DNA from: Abditibacterium sp.
GTDB lineage: Bacteria; Armatimonadota; Abditibacteriia; Abditibacteriales; Abditibacteriaceae
Length of the DNA stretch: 64,000 bases
NCBI GenBank assembly: GCA_965199495.1
Contig: CBDASK010000003.1
Location: forward strand, 2,912,001 to 2,976,000
Direction of reading: 5' to 3'
Position 1 is the first letter of the stretch; every line of letters starts with the position of its first letter. The notes under the pieces were generated by a model. That model was not told the DNA's origin, searched no databases, and worked only from the letters and a program-made list of their open reading frames with translations. Shown in pieces: positions 48,297-57,052 of this stretch. Made by a program: the position numbers and the translations under genes.

Positions 48297-48306
48297 CCGC
48301 TGAATG

Positions 48307-49113
48307 TCACTTCCTCGTCGCATCCTTCAGCGCACGCGCCAAATTCGCTGCGACCGCGATGCGCTCGCTCGCCGAACCATTCGCTTTCTCAAATTTATCA
48401 ATTAATGCCGAAGCCACGACGATGCCGTCGACGTGGCTGCTCGCGATGGTATCGCGAATTTGCCCCGCCTCGCCAAAGCCGAAACCCGCGCAAATCGGCG
48501 TGTCGGTTTCTGTTTTGAGATGCGCGACCAATTCGCCGATTTCGGGCGGCACATCGGTTCGCGCGCCCGTCACGCCCATGCGCGCGACGGCGTAAATAAA
48601 ACCGCTCGCGCTTTTCGCAACCGATTGCAGACGCGCTTTGTCCGATGTCGGCGCGACCAAAAATATCGTGTCAATTTCATTGTCGCGCGCGGCCTGAATC
48701 CATTCTATACCGGCTTCGGGCGGCAAATCGGAGATAATCACGCCATCGGCGCCCGCTTGCGCGCACTGCCGGGCGAACTTTTGGAAGCCGATGCGATAAA
48801 CCGGATTGATATAAGTCATCGGCACAATCGGGGCTTGCGTCTGCGCGCGCAAATCGCGAATCAGTTCAAACGCGCGCTCCATCGTGTTGCCGCCCGCCAG
48901 AGCGCGCTCGCTGGCGCGCTGAATCGTCGGGCCGTCGGCGAGCGGATCGGTAAAGGGAATGCCGATTTCGAGAATATCGGCGCCCGCATCGAGGTAAGCC
49001 AGCGCGAGTTCGCGTGTGGTCGGCAAGTCGGGATCGCCGCAGGTGACAAACGGAATAAAAGCGCGTTCATCGCGCGCGCGCAAAGCGGCAAAAGTATCGG
49101 CTAAACGGGACAT
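48307..49113 (-). CDS. trpA: Tryptophan synthase alpha chain
   Basis: IPFVTCGDP, LEIGIPFTDPLADGPTIQ, MTYINP, DLPPE, GVTG, GFG. Start moved to ATG 49113. Confidence 0.97.
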   Translation of the reverse strand: MSRLADTFAALRARDERAFIPFVTCGDPDLPTTRELALAYLDAGADILEIGIPFTDPLADGPTIQRASERALAGGNTMERAFELIRDLRAQTQAPIVPMTYINPVYRIGFQKFARQCAQAGADGVIISDLPPEAGIEWIQAARDNEIDTIFLVAPTSDKARLQSVAKSASGFIYAVARMGVTGARTDVPPEIGELVAHLKTETDTPICAGFGFGEAGQIRDTIASSHVDGIVVASALIDKFEKANGSASERIAVAANLARALKDATRK

Positions 49114-49124
49114 GGCTTGAGATA

Positions 49125-49272
49125 AGCCACAAAGGGCACAGAGAACACAACAAGGACACAAAGAAATACAAGAAACTATTTTGTAAAAGAAAAATTAAAA
49201 ACCTTTCTTTTATTTGTTAATTTCTTCTTGTTTCTTTGTGTCCTTGGTATGTTCTCTGTGCCCTTTGTGGCT
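49125..49272. repeat. Nonamer-type palindrome, family C
   Basis: AGCCACAAAGGGCACAGAGAACAC... / ...GTTCTCTGTGCCCTTTGTGGCT. Confidence 0.88.
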
Positions 49273-49281
49273 CAAAGAAAT

Positions 49282-49515
49282 CTACAAAATTCCTTTGCGT
49301 TTGGCTTTGGCGAGCGTGGCGGAAACGCCATTTTTCGCCATCGCTTTGAGCGCTTTGGTCGAAATTTTCATCTTGATAAAGCGACCTTCTTCGGGAACCC
49401 AGATGCGTTTGGTTTGCAGATTGGGGAACTGGCGCCGTTTGGTGTGGCGCATCGAGTGCGAGACGGCATTGCCCGTCATCGGCTTTTTTCCGGTAATTTC
49501 ACAGCGTCGTGCCAT
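49282..49515 (-). CDS. rpmB: 50S ribosomal protein L28
   Basis: MARRCEITGKKPMTGNAVSHSMRHTKRRQFPNLQ. Confidence 0.98.
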   Translation of the reverse strand: MARRCEITGKKPMTGNAVSHSMRHTKRRQFPNLQTKRIWVPEEGRFIKMKISTKALKAMAKNGVSATLAKAKRKGIL

Positions 49516-49594
49516 TGTTGTTTTCTACTCCTGATTTATGCCTGTTTTAAAGCGACATCGGAGTTTAACTGCTGGCTGGTTTTGGTGCAATTCG

Positions 49595-49702
49595 CGTTTT
49601 CGTAGAGACGCCGATTTATCGCGTCCGAAACGTTGAAGTTACCGAAAACTTTGGGAATGCAATAGGTTTTAGACGCGATAAATCGGCGTCTCTACGAAAA
49701 CG
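49595..49702. repeat. GTAG-type REP doublet (REPIN), family B
   Basis: CGTTTTCGTAGAGACGCCGATTTATCGCGTC ... GACGCGATAAATCGGCGTCTCTACGAAAACG. Confidence 0.92.
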
Positions 49703-49708
49703 TGAAAT

Positions 49709-51304
49709 TTATTCCAATTTGCGCAAACGCCCGTTAATCCGTTCGACTTCGCGCGTTTTAATTTCCAGCAGCGCCGTCGGCAAATGCGCGGCGATGTCGC
49801 CCGCGACCAGACCGTTGCCGCGCGTGCGCGCCGCGATTTCGCCCGCTAAGCCGTGAACGTAAACGCCCAATTTCGTCGCGTTGTCGGCGTCTTTGAGTTG
49901 CGCCAACAAACCGGCGATTGTCCCGGTCAAAACGTCGCCCGCGCCTCCGGTCGCCATGCCGGGATGTCCGCTGAGATTTACCCAAATTTCGCCCGACGAA
50001 TCGCAAACCAAAGTGCGCGCGCCTTTCAATACCACAATCGCGCCGTATTTTTCGGCGCACGCGGCGACGGTTTCAAATCTCGCGTCGTTGACCGATTTCG
50101 CGTCCATCTCCATCAAAACGCCCATTTCGCCCGGATGCGGCGTCAAAATCGTCGGTGACTTGCGCGCTTTTACGTCATCAACAATCGCGGGCAAAGCGTG
50201 CAGCGCGTCGGCGTCAATCACGAGTGGAATCGGACATTCGCGCACGACGCGGCGCGCGAACTCGAACGCTTCATCGGTGCGCCCCAAACCGGGGCCAAGC
50301 GCCACGACTTGCATCTTGTCCCACAAAGCAGCCACGTCGTCGGCGGCGTGGCTGGTAAGATGGCCGCTCTCGTCGTTAGGCAACGGATGCGAAACCGCTT
50401 CCAACACCGACGCCGCGAAAATCGGCAAAACGTCTTTGGGAAGCGCGGCGGAAAGCAATCCGGCGCCAGTCGCTAAAGCCGCTTTCGAGGCCAGACAAAT
50501 CGAGCCGCTCATGCCGAAACTGCCGCCGATAATTAAAGCGCGACCAGCGTCGCCTTTGTGCGCGTCGAGTTGGCGATGCGGCAGCAAAGTTTTGGCGGTT
50601 TGAAGATCGAGAGTTTGAACGCCGGTTTCGGTTTCCCAAAGCTGTTCCTCAAAAGTGCCAATATCTCCAACCCAAACTTCGCTGCTATTGTCTAAACCTT
50701 CGCGCGCCAGCAATCCGCGTTTGGGCGCGGCGAAAGTAATCGTATAATCGGGTTGAGCGCCATGCTTTGATGTTTCTCCGCTATCTGCGTTGACGCCACT
50801 TGGAATATCAACAGCGACTTTTTCGCACCATTCTGCGCTGAAATAATTCAGCGCGCGCAAATAATTTGCGTCGGTGAGTTCGCCTTTGAATCCAGTGCCT
50901 AAAAGCGCGTCTATAATAATATCTGGATCATCAATGCGTAGTTCGTTATCAGCTTTGATTTCTTCAAGACGCAAGTTAATCGTGGGCAAATCTTCCGCGA
51001 ATTTAAAGGCGCCAAGCTGAATCGCTGCATCGCCCTTCAACGCTTCTTTCTCGCAAGCCAGACAAACGATGACAAACGCGCCATAAGTTTCGAGATGTCG
51101 CGCAATCGCCAATCCGTCGCCGCCGTTGTTGCCTTTGCCGCACAAGATCACGATTTTCTTGCCCGCGAGCGGCGAAAACTTCGCTTCCAAAAATTCGACG
51201 ACGCGCAAGGCGGCGTTTTCCATTAAGACAATCGAGGGAATGCCATAATCTTCGATGGCAGCGCGGTCGAAGTCGCGCATTTGTTGGGCGGTGAAAACTT
51301 TCAT
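49709..51304 (-). CDS. nnr: Bifunctional NAD(P)HX epimerase/dehydratase
   Basis: LMENAA, CGKGNNGGDG, DALLGTG, HKGDAG, GPGLG, DADAL, LTPHPGE, ATGGAGDVLTG. Confidence 0.96.
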   Translation of the reverse strand: MKVFTAQQMRDFDRAAIEDYGIPSIVLMENAALRVVEFLEAKFSPLAGKKIVILCGKGNNGGDGLAIARHLETYGAFVIVCLACEKEALKGDAAIQLGAFKFAEDLPTINLRLEEIKADNELRIDDPDIIIDALLGTGFKGELTDANYLRALNYFSAEWCEKVAVDIPSGVNADSGETSKHGAQPDYTITFAAPKRGLLAREGLDNSSEVWVGDIGTFEEQLWETETGVQTLDLQTAKTLLPHRQLDAHKGDAGRALIIGGSFGMSGSICLASKAALATGAGLLSAALPKDVLPIFAASVLEAVSHPLPNDESGHLTSHAADDVAALWDKMQVVALGPGLGRTDEAFEFARRVVRECPIPLVIDADALHALPAIVDDVKARKSPTILTPHPGEMGVLMEMDAKSVNDARFETVAACAEKYGAIVVLKGARTLVCDSSGEIWVNLSGHPGMATGGAGDVLTGTIAGLLAQLKDADNATKLGVYVHGLAGEIAARTRGNGLVAGDIAAHLPTALLEIKTREVERINGRLRKLE

Positions 51305-52239
51305 TGTTGCATCTTCGAGCGAGCAAAATAATAGCCCAGACCGGCGCCTAACGCGGCCCAGCTCGAAAGTTCAAACGCCGAAGTGCGCCACAGCAATAGC
51401 GCCGCCGGTTGGAGAATCGGCATTTGAAACTGCGCGGCCAAAAACATCGTCGCCACGAACGCGATGACGAGCGGCGCCAGAATCACGTCGCCCGAACTGC
51501 CCAACGCGCGAAACGCGCGGCGCGCCACGAACGTCGCCACGAATAACGCCGCCATTGTCAGGAATCCGCACACAGCAGCCACGGCGGGGCCGGACGGCAA
51601 TTGATCCAAGCGCGGGTCGCCCAACGGCAATCCCAAAACGCCCAATATCATCAGCGCGAAGACGCCGCCGATAACCGTCGAAAGCGGGTACACGAACGCC
51701 GTCGAGAACGATTTGAGGCCGTTGCCCGCCAAATCGTCGTCGCTAACGGGCGCTTCTTCGATTATATCTTTGCGGCGGCGCGCCCAGAACCAACTGACCG
51801 CCGACGCGACGATGAGCGCGAAAGCCACGCTCAAACTCTGCGAAATCGCGTTGGAAAAAACCAAACGTTCGCGCGCGCCAGCGGGAAATCCGCCGCCGAC
51901 AATCGCCAGATATTGGCCCTGCGCGCTAAAGTGCAACGACAAACCCCACAACGCCCAGCCCAACGCGCACGCCGTGGCTGCCAATGGCCCGTGGAAGCGT
52001 CGCCCCAAAACCGCCGTCGCGATGCCGCCCGCCATCGCCGAAGTCGCCAGACCCTTGAAGACGTTGGCGCCCGTGCGCTCGAACGGCGACCAAACTTCGG
52101 CGGCGCCAAATTTGAGCAACGCCAACACCACCATCGTCACGATGGCGCCGCCCGCGAGCGGCACAAGGTAGTCGAAAACCGAAGCCGCGACGGGCGCGGG
52201 CGCGGCGGATTTGGCAATTTTAGTTTTGGATTTAGACAT
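51301..52239 (-). CDS. Hypothetical multi-pass membrane protein
   Basis: About 8 hydrophobic segments in two similar halves; ATGA-coupled to nnr. Confidence 0.8.
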   Translation of the reverse strand: MSKSKTKIAKSAAPAPVAASVFDYLVPLAGGAIVTMVVLALLKFGAAEVWSPFERTGANVFKGLATSAMAGGIATAVLGRRFHGPLAATACALGWALWGLSLHFSAQGQYLAIVGGGFPAGARERLVFSNAISQSLSVAFALIVASAVSWFWARRRKDIIEEAPVSDDDLAGNGLKSFSTAFVYPLSTVIGGVFALMILGVLGLPLGDPRLDQLPSGPAVAAVCGFLTMAALFVATFVARRAFRALGSSGDVILAPLVIAFVATMFLAAQFQMPILQPAALLLWRTSAFELSSWAALGAGLGYYFARSKMQQ

Positions 52240-52251
52240 TCTTTGAAACAG

Positions 52252-52395
52252 TTAGCCACAGAAGACACAGAGAACGCTCACAAAAATACAGAAAGAAAGA
52301 AGAAAATTTAAATAAAACAATAATGATTTTATGAGTTCTTGCCCGCTTCACGCTTTCTGTGTTTCTCTGGCGTTCTCTGTGTCTTCTGTGGCTAA
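52252..52395. repeat. Nonamer-type palindrome, family C
   Basis: TTAGCCACAGAAGACACAGAGAACGC... / ...GCGTTCTCTGTGTCTTCTGTGGCTAA. Confidence 0.88.
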
Positions 52396-52400
52396 AAAAT

Positions 52401-53384
52401 TTATGCGTATTGCTGCAACAATGCGCTTGCCGCCGCCACGATTTTGGCGGCGTCGGGCAGGGCGGCGCGCTCCAAAACGTCGGCGCAGGGAATCGGCGTG
52501 TCGGCGCCCGCCACGCGGCGAATCGGCGCTTGCAGAAAGTCGAAGCACTCTTCCATCACGCGCGCTGCGACTTCGGCGGAAACGCCCGCCGTCTGACAAT
52601 CTTCCGCGACGACAATCGCGCGGCCCGTCTTCTCGACGCTGGCGGCGACAGTATCAATATCCAATGGCGCCAAAGTCCGTAAATCAATCACTTCGCATTC
52701 GATGCCGCTCTGCGCCAAAATCTCGGCGGCTTTCAAACATTCCACCGTCATGCGCGAATACGCAATCAGCGTCAAATGCGTGCCTTGGCGCGCGACGGCG
52801 GCTTCGCCGAGCGGAACCGTATAACTCTCTTCGGGCACCGGCCCGCGCACGCCGTAGAGCAGTTTCGATTCGATGAAAACAACCGGATTCGGATCGCGAA
52901 TCGCCGAAATCAGCAAACCTTTGGCGTCGTGCGCATTCGAGGGCGCGACGACTTTGAGGCCGGGCGCGTGCATAAACCACGCTTCCAAACTCTGCGAATG
53001 CGTCGGGCCGTAGTTGCGGCCACCGCCTGCGGGCGTGCGAATCACCATCGGCACGGTGCATTGATTGCCATACATATAATGAAACTTCGCCGCGTGATTG
53101 ACCAATTGATCCATCGCCAAAGTGATGAAATCCTGAAACATAATATCCACGATGGGCCGCAGTCCCGTAATCGCCGCGCCAACGCCGACGCCGACGATGG
53201 AGTTTTCGGAAATCGGCGTATTGCGCACGCGCGCAGGGCCGAACTGCTCGACCAAACCCTGCGTGACTTTAAAGGCGCCGCCATAACCGGCGATGTCTTC
53301 GCCTAAAATAAACACGGACGGATCGGCTTCCATTTCTTGAGCAATGGCCTCGCGGATGGCGTGAGAAAAATAGATTTCGCGCAT
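52401..53384 (-). CDS. 2-oxoacid/acetoin dehydrogenase E1 beta subunit
   Basis: GEDI..YGGAFKVT.GL, RVRNTPISE, GLRPIV, HSQSLEAW, PGLKVV.P, EVIDLRTL.PLD. Confidence 0.93.
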   Translation of the reverse strand: MREIYFSHAIREAIAQEMEADPSVFILGEDIAGYGGAFKVTQGLVEQFGPARVRNTPISENSIVGVGVGAAITGLRPIVDIMFQDFITLAMDQLVNHAAKFHYMYGNQCTVPMVIRTPAGGGRNYGPTHSQSLEAWFMHAPGLKVVAPSNAHDAKGLLISAIRDPNPVVFIESKLLYGVRGPVPEESYTVPLGEAAVARQGTHLTLIAYSRMTVECLKAAEILAQSGIECEVIDLRTLAPLDIDTVAASVEKTGRAIVVAEDCQTAGVSAEVAARVMEECFDFLQAPIRRVAGADTPIPCADVLERAALPDAAKIVAAASALLQQYA

Positions 53385-53432
53385 AATGTTTCGCTTTTCG
53401 AGAGATTTAGTTTAAAAGAGTGGCGCGATGGG

Positions 53433-53438
53433 TATAAT
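53433..53438 (+). promoter_or_regulatory. -10 box (TATAAT) 6 nt before the ATG; probable leaderless transcript of the pilin-like array
   Basis: TATAAT-tctaat-ATG with no Shine-Dalgarno sequence. Confidence 0.6.
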
Positions 53439-53444
53439 TCTAAT

Positions 53445-54026
53445 ATGAAACATAAAGCCTTCACTTTAATAGAAGCCATCGTCGTCGTGGCAATAACCGG
53501 CATTTTGGCCGCGATTTTAACGCCGGTTTTCTCGCGCACGTATTGTAGCGCGCGGACTTCGAGTTGTCAATCGAATCTCAAGCAAATTGGGCTGGCGTTT
53601 TTGCAATACGCGCAGGATTATGACGAGAAATTTCCGCCCGTTGCCAACGCGCGCGCCGGATATTGGGCGGGTTCGCTGCAACCTTACATCAAAAGCTGGG
53701 AAGTTTTCCAGTGTCCGTCCGAGCCAAAACATCAAGCGAAAACGACCGATTATTTTTACAACGCGCGGTTGGCGAATGTCCAACAGAAAAAGTTGGTTTC
53801 GCCAACTGCTACCCTTTTGGCGGGCGATGGCGCGGGCGATCAATTGACACTTTATCATCTCAATCAATTGCCTAAAGCGTGGCGCACCGACCCGAAATCT
53901 CCGGCGTGGCGTCATTTGGATTCAGCCAATTATTTGTTCGCCGACGGACACGCCAAATTATTGAAACCCGAACAAATCACGCTCAATAAACCTGCCTTGG
54001 GAAAGCCGACATTTCTGGTGAAATAA
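53445..54026 (+). CDS. Prepilin-type N-terminal/DUF1559-like, H-X9-DG protein 1
   Basis: MKHKA|FTLIE, SCQSNLKQIGLA..QY.QDYDEKFP, FQCPS, RHLDSANYLFADGHAK. Start moved to ATG 53445. Confidence 0.92.
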   Translation: MKHKAFTLIEAIVVVAITGILAAILTPVFSRTYCSARTSSCQSNLKQIGLAFLQYAQDYDEKFPPVANARAGYWAGSLQPYIKSWEVFQCPSEPKHQAKTTDYFYNARLANVQQKKLVSPTATLLAGDGAGDQLTLYHLNQLPKAWRTDPKSPAWRHLDSANYLFADGHAKLLKPEQITLNKPALGKPTFLVK

Positions 54027-54029
54027 ATC

Positions 54030-54620
54030 ATGAAACACAAAGCCTTTACTTGGGTAGAATTCGCTGTTGTTGTAGCGCTTTTAATCATTCTGCCGACGAC
54101 TTACTTTCTGTTTTTGGTGGGGGGGCACGGATCGGGATCGCGGCGTTCAAGTTGTCAATCGAATCTCAAGCAAATCGGCATGGGCTTTCTGATGTATGCG
54201 CAAGATTATAACGAGAAGTTCCCCGCCGTGGCTGCTTCGGACGGCTGGACAAACGCGGTGCAACCTTACGTCAAATCATGGCAAATTTTCCATTGCCCCT
54301 CGGCTTCATCGAACCGAGGTGAACACACGACCGATTACTATTACAACGCACGTTTGTCTGGCGTGAAACAAGGACAAATTGAAGCTCTCGAACTTTCGAT
54401 TCTCATGGCCGATGGCCTGAGCGGACAACCCGCCGATTACTCGTTGATGCAATTGCCCGCCGCGTGGCGCACCGACGAAAAATCTCCGGCGTGGCGTCAT
54501 ACCGGAACTGCCAACTACCTTTTCAGTGATGGCCACGCCAAACCGCTCAAACCGGAAAAAATTACGCTCGATAAACCACGCGCGGGCCATCCAACATTTT
54601 TATTGGGCAGGAGCCAATGA
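54030..54620 (+). CDS. Prepilin-type N-terminal/DUF1559-like, H-X9-DG protein 2
   Basis: MKHKA|FTWVE, SCQSNLKQ, RHTGTANYLFSDGHAK. Confidence 0.92.
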   Translation: MKHKAFTWVEFAVVVALLIILPTTYFLFLVGGHGSGSRRSSCQSNLKQIGMGFLMYAQDYNEKFPAVAASDGWTNAVQPYVKSWQIFHCPSASSNRGEHTTDYYYNARLSGVKQGQIEALELSILMADGLSGQPADYSLMQLPAAWRTDEKSPAWRHTGTANYLFSDGHAKPLKPEKITLDKPRAGHPTFLLGRSQ

Positions 54621-55207
54621 TGAAACACAGAGCCTTTACAATCTGGGAAGTTTTAATTATCGTCGCGGTTCTCTCTATCGCGGCGGCGATTCTGTTTCCA
54701 ACGGGCAGTCGTGGCCGCGAAAACGCGCGACGTTCGAGTTGTCAGTCCAATCTCAAGCAAATCGGTTTGGCGTTCGCGCAATACACCAAAGATTACGACG
54801 ATAAATTTCCTCCTCTTGCCAATGTGTCGGGCGTTGGCAGCACGCAATTGACGCCTTACATTGGCGAACACGAAGTTTTTCAGTGTCCTTCTGCCAGTGG
54901 CTCTGCCTCTGGCTCAACCGATTACTTTTACAACGCACGTTTGGCGCGCGCGGATCGGGTCAAAATCGCCAATCCCAACACACACGTCAGCGCTATTATT
55001 CTCGCAGGAGACGGAGAAGATGATCAAGACTCGTCTTACCATTTGTCGCAATTGCCCGCCGCGTGGCGCAAAGACGAAAAATCTCCGGCGTGGCGTCATT
55101 TGGATACGGGCAATTATTTGTTCGTTGACGGCCACGCCAAAGCCTATCGCGCCGACAAAATCTTCGGCGCGCGCGATGCAGCCACGCCGACCTTCGAGGT
55201 GAAATAA
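54617..55207 (+). CDS. Prepilin-type N-terminal/DUF1559-like, H-X9-DG protein 3
   Basis: MKHRA|FTIWE, RENARRSSCQSNLKQ, RHLDTGNYLFVDGHAK. Confidence 0.92.
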   Translation: MMKHRAFTIWEVLIIVAVLSIAAAILFPTGSRGRENARRSSCQSNLKQIGLAFAQYTKDYDDKFPPLANVSGVGSTQLTPYIGEHEVFQCPSASGSASGSTDYFYNARLARADRVKIANPNTHVSAIILAGDGEDDQDSSYHLSQLPAAWRKDEKSPAWRHLDTGNYLFVDGHAKAYRADKIFGARDAATPTFEVK

Positions 55208-55210
55208 ACC

Positions 55211-55801
55211 ATGAAACGCAAAGCGTTTACTCTGACGGAAGTTTTCTTAGTTATCGCAATTCCGGCGATTGCAACTTTGGTGCTTTTCCCATTTTTTACG
55301 CGTTCGCGCGAGACTGATTGTCGTCCGAGTTGCATATCTAATCTCAAGCAGATTTCGCTGGGATTGCTGCAATATACGCAAGATTACGACGAGAAATTCC
55401 CGCCAGCCAAAAACACAGTCGGTGGTTGGGCCGATTTGGTTTTTCCTTACGTCAAATCCACGCAGATTTTTCAGTGTCCCAACGACAGAAGCGGCGCTAA
55501 CAAAACTTCCGATTATTTCTACAACGCACGCTTATCGGGCGTTTCGATGGGAAAACTTGCGGTGCCCAATTTCACGATCTCGCTCGGCGACGGCTTGCTC
55601 AATCAACCGTTCGACGCCAATCTGTCGCAGTTACCCGCGAGTTGGATCCGCGATTCCAATTCTCCGGCCCATCGCCATCTTGACGGCGCCAATTACGCCT
55701 TCGCTGATGGCCACGTCAAATGGTATGAGCCGCGTAATATCACGCTCGACAAACCGGGTAAAAACAATCCGACGTTTTTGTTGGGGAGCATCCGACCATG
55801 A
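55211..55801 (+). CDS. Prepilin-type N-terminal/DUF1559-like, H-X9-DG protein 4
   Basis: MKRKA|FTLTE, SCISNLKQ, RHLDGANYAFADGHVK. Confidence 0.92.
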   Translation: MKRKAFTLTEVFLVIAIPAIATLVLFPFFTRSRETDCRPSCISNLKQISLGLLQYTQDYDEKFPPAKNTVGGWADLVFPYVKSTQIFQCPNDRSGANKTSDYFYNARLSGVSMGKLAVPNFTISLGDGLLNQPFDANLSQLPASWIRDSNSPAHRHLDGANYAFADGHVKWYEPRNITLDKPGKNNPTFLLGSIRP

Positions 55802-56400
55802 AACATTGCGCTTTTACCGCCATCGAACTTGTCGTTGTCGTCGCGATAATCGGCATTTTGGCGGCGATTTTGTTCCCAGTTTTCGCTCGCACGCACTGCG
55901 ACGACAGACCGAGTTATTGTCGCTCTAATCTCAAGCAAATCGCGCTGGCGTGGCAGCAATACGCGCTTGATTACAACCAAATCGCGCCGACTTTAATAAC
56001 CAACGGCCAGTTTTACGGCTGGAGCGACGCGCTCACGGTTTACGGCGTCAACGCCAAAGGGTTTCATTGTCCGTCCAATCGCGCCGCGCCCGCGACCAAT
56101 CCTATCGCGCCCGGCTACTGCGATTATTGGACAAACTCGCGTTTAGCTGGACGTTCGCTCAAAATCGTCGTTTTCCCGGCGCGCACCATTGCTTTTGGCG
56201 AAGGCGAAAACGGCGACGCGCGCTACGCACTTTCGCATCTGCCGCGAAATTGGCGTAACGCGCCAACGTCGCCCGCCTTTCGTCATCGCGAAGGCGCCAA
56301 TTATCTGTTCGCCGATGGCCACGCGCAGTGGTTGCGGCCCGAAAAAGTGACGGTTGCTAAACCGGGCGCGGGCCAAGCGACGTTTGTGGCGAACTGGTAG
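55798..56400 (+). CDS. Prepilin-type N-terminal/DUF1559-like, H-X9-DG protein 5
   Basis: MKHCA|FTAIELVVVVAIIGILAAILFPVFA, CRSNLKQ, RHREGANYLFADGHA. Confidence 0.92.
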   Translation: MKHCAFTAIELVVVVAIIGILAAILFPVFARTHCDDRPSYCRSNLKQIALAWQQYALDYNQIAPTLITNGQFYGWSDALTVYGVNAKGFHCPSNRAAPATNPIAPGYCDYWTNSRLAGRSLKIVVFPARTIAFGEGENGDARYALSHLPRNWRNAPTSPAFRHREGANYLFADGHAQWLRPEKVTVAKPGAGQATFVANW

Positions 56401-56579
56401 AGTTTTGGGCGTTGGCACATTGGCATCTGCAAAGTGGCGAACCCGAACTCGATGGCCTCGCTTCGACGGTGTTCACTTTGTTGTTGACACAAAATTTTTA
56501 CAAAAGACGTGAATTTTTCTTCGCTATCAGCTAAGATAAAATTGCTTGGTAAATCAAGCAAAATTAAAGGAGAAAAACA

Positions 56580-56807
56580 ATGGCCAAATGTCACTATTGT
56601 GATGGAACCGGAAAGTTCAAAGACGCTCGGTGTGCTGGACGCGGGCAGGTGCGTTGCGAAACTTGCAACGGGAGCGGTAAAGACACGGTTTTGGGAATAG
56701 AGCGCACCTGTCCGCGTTGTGGCGGGAGCGGCGAAATGAGCTGCCCGGATTGCGGCGGTTCGGGGAAGATGACGTGCCCTAATTGCCACGGAAGTGGCGA
56801 AGAATAA
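56580..56807 (+). CDS. Small stand-alone CxxCxGxG-repeat (DnaJ-type zinc finger) protein
   Basis: Five intact CxxCxGxG repeats plus one degenerate (DARCAGRG); AAGGAG ribosome-binding site upstream. Confidence 0.85.
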   Translation: MAKCHYCDGTGKFKDARCAGRGQVRCETCNGSGKDTVLGIERTCPRCGGSGEMSCPDCGGSGKMTCPNCHGSGEE

Positions 56808-56999
56808 AAGCTTTTCCACGCGGTTTGTTACTTCCGCCATAGCGATGATTTTCTGCACAAAAATGTGCTGGCGAAATCATTTCCCAAGAGCCTGTTCTTC
56901 GCTGCGTTTAGAGTAACAAACCGTCTGGAGAGGCAAACGCTCTGGGTTTCGATGAGCGCAACCGATTTCGTCGGTCGAAGAGGGCGCGAACAAAACACG

Positions 57000-57032
57000 A
57001 AACGCTCCGCAGTTTCATCTGCGGAGCGTTTT
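57000..57032. terminator. Intrinsic terminator (possibly bidirectional)
   Basis: AAACGCTCCGCAG-TTTCAT-CTGCGGAGCGTTTT. Confidence 0.8.
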
Positions 57033-57052
57033 CAATTGACCAACAATTAATC

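Noticed and set aside
53445..56400. Diversity-generating retroelement or shufflon acting on the pilin-like array
   Set aside because: No reverse transcriptase, recombinase, adenine-specific TR/VR pair or inverted cassettes. All five are complete, co-oriented genes.
56945..57005. Hammerhead ribozyme-like core (TCGATGAG...CGAAC)
   Set aside because: It lacks the required CUGANGA and GAAA consensus and has no clear stems I and III.
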